This document shows, piece by piece, positions 28,988-37,820 of a stretch of DNA of 64,000 nucleotides (the stretch's first letter is position 1; every line of letters starts with the position of its first letter). Both the position numbers and the translations under genes were made by a program. The DNA comes from a virus (lineage: Duplodnaviria; Caudoviricetes), in IMG/VR virus record IMGVR_UViG_2706796498_000001, positions 42,072 to 106,071 of that record; one strand, 5' to 3'. Below the pieces are notes generated by a model. That model was not told the origin of the DNA. It searched no databases and saw nothing but the letters and a program-made list of their open reading frames with translations.

Positions 28988-31900
28988 TATCACCCTAAGT
29001 AATGTTAATGATGGTAGCACCCCTTATGTCCACATTGCCTATGCTAATAGTGCAGATGGCACAGATGGGTTCTATGTTAGTGGTAGAAATAATTTACTAT
29101 TAGGCACAGGAAATAGTCTAAGTATAACGGGTACAAATATAGTTAACCAATGTGTTAATCAGTATCCGCTAGATAACGGATACAATGTTTCGTCTTTGGC
29201 TTCGGCGCTTGGGACACAGTTTACGATTAGTTTTGACTGGTCAGTTTCAGGCAGTTCACCTTCAGGTGGCTTCTATGCTCAATGGAGTGATCTTCCATGG
29301 CAAATAAATCCAGTATTAACTAAAGTTTCGAGTTCAAATACCTCGGGTCATATTTCCAATACATTTAGCATAAGCACTAGTAGTGTAAATACAGCAAATA
29401 AGATTGGTTTTAGACTAGATAACTTTGTGGGAACTCTTACAATTTCTAATGTTAAGTTAGAAGTAGGTAGTGTAGCTACCCCCTGGTGTCCAGCACCATC
29501 AGAAATGAACCCTACTTACATGGGGGCCTACACTGATTACACACAATCAGCTAGTTTAGACCCGACAGCTTATCATTGGTCATTAATCAAAGGTGCTGAC
29601 GGCAAGGACGGTGCTCAAGGTATCCCCGGCGCCCCCGGTAAAGATGGTCAAACTACTTATTTCCATATTGCTTATGCTAATTCCGCTGATGGTAGTGTAG
29701 GATTTACCAATACACCCGGTAATAATTCTTATGATTATTTTGGTACTTATACTGATTACACTCAAACAAGTTCAACAGACCCTACCAAGTACACGTGGGT
29801 AAAGATGTTCGATTCATCTAAGAAGCGTAACTTCACTACCACACCAACCACGCCTTATGATGTGGGTGATACTTGGATAACATCTGGGTCAACTTATTTC
29901 TGTAAAACCGCTAGATCAAGTGGTGCATTCAATCAAAGTGATTGGACACTACAACAATTGACCATTCAATCATTAGATAGTGATTTACAGGCTAATATCA
30001 ATGGCGATAAAAACCTGTTAATGGTTGATGATGTTACCTACTACTCAAATCCTGTTCTAGATTTGTTTAATATGTCTACTGGGAGTAACAGTGCTAATAT
30101 TGGGGCTAACTTATTAAAAGGTACGTCCACTACGAATAATCAAGGGCCATATGATTTTAGCAATGTTTCCGTGACAGCAGGTGAAAACTATACATTTTCT
30201 GGCTGGTGGTCAACAACTGGGAGTGGGATTGTTTCACCATATATCCAATACTATGATAGTAAGGGAAACAAACTTAAAGAATTTTATGCTAATCAAAACT
30301 CGCCACTAACGGGAACTTCTTTTACTTTAACTGGAACTGCACCAACAAATGCTGTAACGGCACGTGTATTGTTGGCCCAATCCAATAGTTCAATCAGTAT
30401 TACCTATAACTCATTAAAGTTTGAGCATGGTTCACAAGCAACCCCTTGGTCGCCTTCTCCAGAAGAAGTTTGTTATCCATTTGACTACACTTCAACAGAT
30501 ACCACTTATACCTTCCAAGTTCAGGCTAAAAGTACCGTTAATGGCGATTATGTTCATATGTACCCTGCTTGGGGTTATACCTATGGACAATCACAAAATA
30601 AAACCACCCAAGTATCAGTTACCACTTCACCTAGTGTTCCAAACCAAACTAGCACCTTTACCAGTGCAGACAGCGATACTAAGTTGGCACTAACTACTGA
30701 TTGGGTAACCTATATGTGTACTATTTCTGGTACGTGGGATAAAGGGTCTGTTTTAACTGCTTTATTGGGTCAAGTGTACAATAGTGAAACCAAGGGTACC
30801 GTTTCCTTTAGAAATATCAAGTTAGTTGCTGGGAATGCAATTAAAGATTACACTAGTGATGATAGTATTACAGTAGCCCAAGGTAGTAACTACTGGGATT
30901 TAACTACTTTGCAAAAAGGTAGTTCTGTCAACAGAGGTGGACTAAACCTAGCTAAAGGTACAAGTTCAAAAGACCAATCATCTGGTAATGCTAGTCAAAC
31001 AACAGGCTGGAATATAGTTACAATCGCTACTCTTGCTAACCCACAAGTAGGTCAACAGTACACAGTAAGTGTTAATACTAGAAATAGTGGTGGAATTTAT
31101 AAAATACAGATATGGGACGGTACCAGCCCTACTAACTGGGTCAGTTTTATAACCAGTGGTAATCCTATCTCAACGCAAGGGCAGAATAATTCGTTTACCT
31201 TTACTTGGCCAAGTGGTAAAAATCAATATCTAATCGTACAACTGGCTAATAGTAATGATGGTGGTCAGATATTCTGGAACAGTACAATGCTTGAAGAAGG
31301 TACCATTGCACACCCTTGGTCGCCTAATCCTTCTGATAGTATCTATGCTAGTTGGTTACAAAACAAATACTATACACCTTGGTACCCAATTAGTGAGGGC
31401 CAACGAGTATTCTTAACTCACTATGATTACCCCGCTTATCCGGGAGTAACCACTAGTGCTAGTGTTGAGTTTGCAGATAGTGATCATAATTTTATTTCTA
31501 ATGGTACTAATAACAGCCAAGGCAGTTCTACTTTAGATGGTACTAATAGTACGTTTATCAACCCACAAAGTTTGAATGGGGTTTACTACAATGAACGAAT
31601 GCTAAATATTAGTATTGTTTCTCAAGCCGCGACAACTAATTATCAAGACCTTTATATCCAAACGTCTGGTTTATTACAGTCTAAGTTGGCAGTTTCTGGG
31701 CGAGGTACTACTGTGGCTACTTTTGATCCATATTCTGGTCAAAGGGTAGATACTCAATATTGGGACACCTATGGTTCGGTTGATAATGCTAATGCACTAG
31801 TAAATTACTTAAAATCAATTTCTAGTCAAGATCTAGTAGTGGCGATTGCAACTAAAGACGCCTTTATCAACAACTCTAACGATTTCCAATTGGCGGCACA

Positions 31901-34900
31901 AAATCTATGTACTTTGTTACAGTCTTATGGACTACCTATTTCCTATGCGCCTGCTGATTTACAATATCGAGTTTCCTTTGCCTTTGTTGGACACACTCCT
32001 GCTTATCAAGGTACTAACAATGAAACGTTGGTAAGTAGTTCTAAAGGGGACGGTCAAGTTTCCACCTTAACTGCCTATGTATCAAATGGTCACATTTCTA
32101 GTACCAATAACACCCGATTAGTTGCGTATGCTAATGCACCTGCTAAAACCGCTTACTTCCGGGCTGGATATAGTTTCTCTCCTGATGAAGTAAATCGAGT
32201 TAACTTTATGGTAACGGTAGACAAGTTGTCTACTAATTATTCATCTACTATTGCAGACATATCTTCAAAGACTGTTAATAAGAATAAATCTTATAAGGGT
32301 GTCACCCTTAATGACAATGGTTTAACGGCCACAGCGGATAAAACACAGGTAATCGTTAACTCAAGTAATGGTTTTGAAATTAAGAAGTCGGGAGTAGATG
32401 TGTTCTCTGTTGATACCAACGGTAATCTTACTATTACAGGTTCTACCATCTCGACAGGTAACATATCAGGGGTTGACTTTTCAGGGGATAACCTTACTTT
32501 AAGTGGTACGTTAAGTGTTAATGGTTCCATTGTTGGACCAAACAAAACATATACTATTGGTCCAAAAGGAATGGTATTTTCTCCTACGGGTGGTGGTAGT
32601 AGTACTATTACTATTTCTGATGGTGGTTTAACCATTCAAGGGTCGTCAACTGGCAACCAAAGCAAAGCAGGCACTTATGGTATTAATGATTCTTTAGCTG
32701 GTGACGCTGGTCTGTTTGCCACAAAGGATAAAGCTGGGAATACTAAGACGTGGATAACCTCATCTGGTACCTTAATGGCGCAAGACGCTGTAATTCATGG
32801 TAATGTGTCTGTTGATAAACTTACCTTGACGAGTCAAAATAGTGAGATTGTGTTTGGTTCAGGTTTTAAAATTGATGGCAATGGGGCAATGACCTCTACC
32901 TCGAAAAACGCTCAAATTTCTAATGGGACTTATTCAGATGGTGTAATTGAAGGGTCTGAATTAGATATTGGGACTGCTTATCATTCAAAGCTAAGTGAAG
33001 CCGATAAGTATCGTTATCATGTATCTAGTATTGGTGAAACTACGTTTGGTATGTCCCAAGATTTGGGATTGATGGGTTCAACACAAGGTATTAATTCTTC
33101 CTACCTTAGTTTAAACAATGCTTGGACAACCGGTCAAGTTAACTTCCGAGGAACGGGTAGTGCCCCTAATAACGCTATTCGGGCTTTAGGTATAACAAAT
33201 GATATTTATACCGATTCTTATGGTTGGAAGCACCGGTTTAGCGCCCCATCTAATGGATTGTCTGATTTTTGGAATCAGATTGCAATTTGGGATAAAGACG
33301 CTCAAGGTACTATAAATCAATATAATATTAACTATAAGATTACTGATCCAATTACCAGTTCTGTAAATCAAAGTATGAACAGTAGTGCTTATAATGGTTG
33401 GGGTGGTGCTGATACTCCTTGTTGGACTTTGTCAACTGTTGAGTTCCCTAGTTTAGGGGGGTCGTTGCTTACTTTTGGGTCAAATGAGGATTTATATCCA
33501 GCTCAAAACCAAAAACCTTATCTACTCGCAGGGCACACCTATATTTTTGGTGCTTATATTTGGAACTGTGGCTTGCGTTATGGAGCTAGAATTACTGTTG
33601 AGGCTTCACCTTTGGAGACTGGTTACCAAAATTTAGAGTATTCTCAAGGGAATACAGTTAATTATCAACAAAGTGGTTACTGTATTTGTACTTATACTCC
33701 ATCAAGTAATGTTTATCTGCGTCATATAGTTGTTGAAGCGGCAATTCCAGGTGGTAATCAGGGGGACAACTATGGGGTGCCCCTTTCAGTTACTGATCCA
33801 TTTGCAGTTGATCTTAATCAATTTACGTCTAAACTATTGGGTGGGGGATTAGACACATTAACTTCTCTTGGTGGTCGCTTTGGTATGCCCTATCCACATT
33901 TAGATGCTTCCCAATACGGGGTATTGGGGCTTATGCGTGCAGATAACTTAACCGTTGGTGATAAGGTGGTTGTTTCTATCCCTATTAACTATGAAAGTGG
34001 AACTAAAGCTAGTTTCGCAAAAATTAACCTAGGGATAGCTAAGCCTGGTAATGATAGCCAATATATTGCAATTGATAGTGAATTTCAACCACTAATGCCT
34101 GGTTATTATACGTATGACTTTTACTTTGTTTGGAAAGATGAATATAAACAGTATATTAACAACAACCTATTACAACTAAATTTAATTAGTAAGGGTATTA
34201 GTAGTAAAGAAAAAGCCTATGTTGTTTCAGTCGATAGTATTCGTATGGGTATCTTTGTTGGACACACGACCACTAGCTCAACCCAATATGTGAATGAGTA
34301 CCAGACTAAGTTTAGCCCCTTAGGTTCATTACAGCTAAGTCATATTAGTAATGTTGGTGCTAATGGTTATACAATTGCAGGGCAAACACAATTAACCAGT
34401 GAAGGTTTAACAATTACTTCAGGCTATTCTACTAGTGGTAATAATCAAGGTGGAATGCACATTTCAATTAATGGTAAATCAGGAATTGGTATTTCTGGTG
34501 AGATGAACGATGGTAATCCAGCCACACAACCAGCCCTTTCCTTCTATGGTTCCATTCCTTACAATAGATTACTAGAAAATACTATTGAACCCCAATACAA
34601 TGTTAATTGGGACGAATCAAATTCAGCGTCTGGTATATGGTTTGATTCTTATGGAAATGCCCACGGTTATGGTAGTAGCTTGTATTGGCACGTTCAAAGC
34701 CCAAGTTATGGATCAAATTTCGCAGTTCCTCTTGCTGATGGAAATGAGTATGGTTTTGCATTGTCTAGTCCCAATGGGCAACGTGGAGATAACATTTTAA
34801 GAATAGGTTTAGTCCATTTCAATAAAGATGGCGGTGGGTATGTTCAAGGTAACTATCCAGCATTGATTTCTGGCTCTGGTGATACTTTAGCAGGGATTGC

Positions 34901-35051
34901 CTTTGGGGCTGGGTACGTGATTATATTTGGTAATAGAAATAAAACCAATAACTTCTGGTCTTTCCCACAAGGTGGCAGTGATGGTCATAGCTCCGATTCA
35001 GGAACCGTTAGCGAAGTAACTAGCCAAAATAATATGCAAATAACCCACTAA
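28968..35051 (+). CDS. Large tail fibre / host-specificity protein (multiple CBM-like modules, collagen-like linker, ILEI-like domain)
   Basis: ATG 28968 with SD GGAGG; two HIAYANSADG repeats, GADGKDGAQG, several NLL...LE.G..PW.P modules, GRG...DTY...ATKD...YRVSFAFVG ILEI-like segment. Confidence 0.85.
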   Translation: MIVASNNITLSNVNDGSTPYVHIAYANSADGTDGFYVSGRNNLLLGTGNSLSITGTNIVNQCVNQYPLDNGYNVSSLASALGTQFTISFDWSVSGSSPSGGFYAQWSDLPWQINPVLTKVSSSNTSGHISNTFSISTSSVNTANKIGFRLDNFVGTLTISNVKLEVGSVATPWCPAPSEMNPTYMGAYTDYTQSASLDPTAYHWSLIKGADGKDGAQGIPGAPGKDGQTTYFHIAYANSADGSVGFTNTPGNNSYDYFGTYTDYTQTSSTDPTKYTWVKMFDSSKKRNFTTTPTTPYDVGDTWITSGSTYFCKTARSSGAFNQSDWTLQQLTIQSLDSDLQANINGDKNLLMVDDVTYYSNPVLDLFNMSTGSNSANIGANLLKGTSTTNNQGPYDFSNVSVTAGENYTFSGWWSTTGSGIVSPYIQYYDSKGNKLKEFYANQNSPLTGTSFTLTGTAPTNAVTARVLLAQSNSSISITYNSLKFEHGSQATPWSPSPEEVCYPFDYTSTDTTYTFQVQAKSTVNGDYVHMYPAWGYTYGQSQNKTTQVSVTTSPSVPNQTSTFTSADSDTKLALTTDWVTYMCTISGTWDKGSVLTALLGQVYNSETKGTVSFRNIKLVAGNAIKDYTSDDSITVAQGSNYWDLTTLQKGSSVNRGGLNLAKGTSSKDQSSGNASQTTGWNIVTIATLANPQVGQQYTVSVNTRNSGGIYKIQIWDGTSPTNWVSFITSGNPISTQGQNNSFTFTWPSGKNQYLIVQLANSNDGGQIFWNSTMLEEGTIAHPWSPNPSDSIYASWLQNKYYTPWYPISEGQRVFLTHYDYPAYPGVTTSASVEFADSDHNFISNGTNNSQGSSTLDGTNSTFINPQSLNGVYYNERMLNISIVSQAATTNYQDLYIQTSGLLQSKLAVSGRGTTVATFDPYSGQRVDTQYWDTYGSVDNANALVNYLKSISSQDLVVAIATKDAFINNSNDFQLAAQNLCTLLQSYGLPISYAPADLQYRVSFAFVGHTPAYQGTNNETLVSSSKGDGQVSTLTAYVSNGHISSTNNTRLVAYANAPAKTAYFRAGYSFSPDEVNRVNFMVTVDKLSTNYSSTIADISSKTVNKNKSYKGVTLNDNGLTATADKTQVIVNSSNGFEIKKSGVDVFSVDTNGNLTITGSTISTGNISGVDFSGDNLTLSGTLSVNGSIVGPNKTYTIGPKGMVFSPTGGGSSTITISDGGLTIQGSSTGNQSKAGTYGINDSLAGDAGLFATKDKAGNTKTWITSSGTLMAQDAVIHGNVSVDKLTLTSQNSEIVFGSGFKIDGNGAMTSTSKNAQISNGTYSDGVIEGSELDIGTAYHSKLSEADKYRYHVSSIGETTFGMSQDLGLMGSTQGINSSYLSLNNAWTTGQVNFRGTGSAPNNAIRALGITNDIYTDSYGWKHRFSAPSNGLSDFWNQIAIWDKDAQGTINQYNINYKITDPITSSVNQSMNSSAYNGWGGADTPCWTLSTVEFPSLGGSLLTFGSNEDLYPAQNQKPYLLAGHTYIFGAYIWNCGLRYGARITVEASPLETGYQNLEYSQGNTVNYQQSGYCICTYTPSSNVYLRHIVVEAAIPGGNQGDNYGVPLSVTDPFAVDLNQFTSKLLGGGLDTLTSLGGRFGMPYPHLDASQYGVLGLMRADNLTVGDKVVVSIPINYESGTKASFAKINLGIAKPGNDSQYIAIDSEFQPLMPGYYTYDFYFVWKDEYKQYINNNLLQLNLISKGISSKEKAYVVSVDSIRMGIFVGHTTTSSTQYVNEYQTKFSPLGSLQLSHISNVGANGYTIAGQTQLTSEGLTITSGYSTSGNNQGGMHISINGKSGIGISGEMNDGNPATQPALSFYGSIPYNRLLENTIEPQYNVNWDESNSASGIWFDSYGNAHGYGSSLYWHVQSPSYGSNFAVPLADGNEYGFALSSPNGQRGDNILRIGLVHFNKDGGGYVQGNYPALISGSGDTLAGIAFGAGYVIIFGNRNKTNNFWSFPQGGSDGHSSDSGTVSEVTSQNNMQITH

Positions 35052-35077
35052 TCATGCAATATAAGTAGGGAGGAAAC

Positions 35078-35320
35078 ATGGCCTATAAAGTAGTAAACCC
35101 ATATGGTGTTGTTTTACAGGTTGATGATTTAGTTTCTTGGTGTGCGACTGGTCCTTATTATAAGGACGGGTGGACAGCCCAAGATTGCGTTGACTATTTA
35201 GTATCAACAGGACAATATAAAGTCTATGATTTAGAAACCAAGACTTTGTATGTTCCAGAGATGTATAATAATGATAAACACCAACAATTAATTAATCAAT
35301 TACTTATGTCAAGTAAATAA
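35078..35320 (+). CDS. Small tail-fibre-associated protein (possibly XkdX-like)
   Basis: Strong SD; YKDGW....VDYLVSTG; position right after the fibre gene. Confidence 0.45.
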   Translation: MAYKVVNPYGVVLQVDDLVSWCATGPYYKDGWTAQDCVDYLVSTGQYKVYDLETKTLYVPEMYNNDKHQQLINQLLMSSK

Positions 35321-35329
35321 GGAGGTACT

Positions 35330-35563
35330 ATGCCAACTAAGATTAAGCGAAGTCAACAAGTATCAATTGGATACGAAGATATTATCAAGTTGTATCAACA
35401 ACGAATTGCCCTGTTGACCGATGAGAACATCAAGTTATTAGCACAGAATCAAGCCTATGCTAAGATCATTGATGATGAAAAGAATGAGATTAACTTAGGT
35501 AATCAATCTAACCCAGAAATTCCTAATGTTGATATTAAAGACGCTAAGGTAGCAAAGTTTTAA
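35330..35563 (+). CDS. Small coiled-coil protein, possible fibre chaperone
   Basis: IIKLYQQRIALLTDENIKLLAQ; last gene of the structural operon. Confidence 0.5.
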   Translation: MPTKIKRSQQVSIGYEDIIKLYQQRIALLTDENIKLLAQNQAYAKIIDDEKNEINLGNQSNPEIPNVDIKDAKVAKF

Positions 35564-35564
35564 T

Positions 35565-35601
35565 AAAGAAGCCCTCAATTAATTTTGGGGGCTTTCTTTT
35601 T
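35565..35601 (+). terminator. Terminator ending the structural module
   Basis: AAAGAAGCCCTCAA...TTGGGGGCTTTCTTTTT. Confidence 0.75.
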
Positions 35602-35643
35602 GGCCAATTTTGCGTTAAACTATCACTAAGGAAGGTGATAATC

Positions 35644-36369
35644 ATGAAAGAACAAGATTTATTAAAGTTTGCCCTTGATGATATTAACACGGTTTACTTA
35701 GGCCACCGTTATGTATCTGAATATACTCGGGGCAAGGAACAACAATACTTAGAGTTTCTCAATGCAATAGGTGATAACGGAGCAAACCCAGTTTACCTAT
35801 TAGATCGAACACTGGCTTACTTTGCTTATCTTGATCGTAATCGGAAGAACAAACGGCCAATGGGTATCTTTTTCGTTACCCAAAATTGGAAAAAAGCATT
35901 GACAACGGCAATCCACTATGAGAATAAACGACTACCTCACCACGGTTTTGTTACTGAATACTGTACCAACTTAACTGCTCGGGCTGTCTATAACTATTAC
36001 TCAATAACTCAAGCTGGTTTTGACTTAATTAACCTAGTTAAGGGAGCTTACAGGGAATTAGTAATGAATTTATCATTGCCTTACTATGATAATCTTGAAT
36101 ACCTAGAAGCCTATCGTAGGAAGATTGAAAGCAACCCAACTCCACAACAAATCCTGTTGTTAAAGGGAATTAAGTCCATGCAACCAGAGTTGTTAGTGTT
36201 CTCTAATATCTTAAAGAACTTGCCTAAAGACCCAGTTGATTATGCAATCTATTATATAGGGCTAGAAAACCTAGATAAGTTCAGCTATAATGAAGATGAC
36301 TTACAGAACTTGTTAGCATTTAGTAATCAATTAGCAAAGGAAAATCTTCAATGGAAAATTACGAATTAG
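35644..36369 (+). CDS. Hypothetical replication-module protein upstream of helicase
   Basis: ORF overlapping the helicase start; no motif recognised. Confidence 0.6.
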   Translation: MKEQDLLKFALDDINTVYLGHRYVSEYTRGKEQQYLEFLNAIGDNGANPVYLLDRTLAYFAYLDRNRKNKRPMGIFFVTQNWKKALTTAIHYENKRLPHHGFVTEYCTNLTARAVYNYYSITQAGFDLINLVKGAYRELVMNLSLPYYDNLEYLEAYRRKIESNPTPQQILLLKGIKSMQPELLVFSNILKNLPKDPVDYAIYYIGLENLDKFSYNEDDLQNLLAFSNQLAKENLQWKITN

Positions 36370-37817
36370 AACAGCAGTTAATCATTCGGGCTAGTCACTC
36401 GGCCTACTTTACTAGGGAAGTATTAAGTAAGGGGATCCCTAGTTTAATTCAAGATAAGACCTTATCATTAATTGCCAAAACCTTGTTACGTTACTATGGA
36501 CAACATGATGAGGCAATTACTGGGAAAGCCCTGAATATACTCTTAGAACAACGGTTAAAACTACAAGCTAAACAAGCCGGGCAACAGATTCCTGATCAAA
36601 TTTTAGATCAGTTATTTCAAAAAGCAGATAATTTACTTAATACTCCCGAAGATGAAAGTGAAGTAGTTACCACTCAATTAGAGAACTACATTCATACACA
36701 ACTAGCCAATGACGCCATCTTAGAGGAAGCTAGTAAGGGTGATACTAATATTGGAGAACGGGTTGCTAAACGTTTAAATACCATTAATGATATTTCATTA
36801 ACTGGTACCCAATACAAGCCTTTAAACCTGTTATCAGATATTGATGAACGGGTAGCGATCTATGATAAGTTTAATCAACGTAAGATTAAGTCTGGGTTAT
36901 CTTCATTTGATCGAGTTACCGGTGGTGGTCTTGAATTAGGTCAAGTAGCTTTATTCGGGGCTAAATCAGGTGGTGGTAAGTCAACCTTGCTAACCAACCT
37001 AACTTACTATTATGCAATGCAAGGTGGCAACAACGTTTTACACGTTACCTTGGAAGAATTGGAACAAGACCAAGTATTGCGTTTTGACCGTATTATGTTG
37101 AATGCGGGAATTAAAGAAGTATTTGATACACAGGGTCAGGTGAACCCAGAATATATTAGCAAGTTACAATCTTATTACCATAACTTAGCTAATACTGACG
37201 GTTATGGGAATGTTTACTTTAAAAAGTCTACTCCCTTAACGCTAAAGGTAGATGATTTAAAACAAATGATTCTATCTGTGGAACGGGTTAATGGTATTAA
37301 AATTGACGTGGTGGTTTTGGATTATGCAGACCTGTTAAAGCGCCAAGAATATTCTGATAGTGAATCCAAGGCGGGGGAACTACTTTTTCAAGACCTAGTA
37401 AAGTTGGCCCAACAAACAGATACTTTAATCATTACCGCAACCCAATTAAACCGGGGGGCTAGTATTGAAGATGTAGCAACCCTAGCTAATGTAGAAGGTT
37501 CCTACCGTAAGATTAACACAGTGGCCTTTGCTTGTACTCTTAACTCTAAGGGTGAAGAAAAGGACAAGGGTTATGTACGTTGGTATATTGATAAGGTACG
37601 TAACGGATATTGGAAAGATGATGATTTTCTTTATTTCAGATATGATTTAAAGAGTTTCAAATTAAACGAAGAAACCCCCCAAGAACAAGAAGAACATAAG
37701 ATGATTGTTTCTTCTGATTTAGGACAACGGGGTAAAGCTAACAACCAGAAACAACAATCTATTCCAAAAGATGTTGATTTAGGACAAGTAATTAATAATG
37801 CAATCAAGGGGGTATAG
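36351..37817 (+). CDS. Replicative DNA helicase (DnaB/SF4-type)
   Basis: Walker A GAKSGGGKS, HVTLEE, VVLDYAD, TATQLNR, IDKVRN. Confidence 0.92.
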   Translation: MENYELEQQLIIRASHSAYFTREVLSKGIPSLIQDKTLSLIAKTLLRYYGQHDEAITGKALNILLEQRLKLQAKQAGQQIPDQILDQLFQKADNLLNTPEDESEVVTTQLENYIHTQLANDAILEEASKGDTNIGERVAKRLNTINDISLTGTQYKPLNLLSDIDERVAIYDKFNQRKIKSGLSSFDRVTGGGLELGQVALFGAKSGGGKSTLLTNLTYYYAMQGGNNVLHVTLEELEQDQVLRFDRIMLNAGIKEVFDTQGQVNPEYISKLQSYYHNLANTDGYGNVYFKKSTPLTLKVDDLKQMILSVERVNGIKIDVVVLDYADLLKRQEYSDSESKAGELLFQDLVKLAQQTDTLIITATQLNRGASIEDVATLANVEGSYRKINTVAFACTLNSKGEEKDKGYVRWYIDKVRNGYWKDDDFLYFRYDLKSFKLNEETPQEQEEHKMIVSSDLGQRGKANNQKQQSIPKDVDLGQVINNAIKGV

Positions 37818-37820
37818 TCC

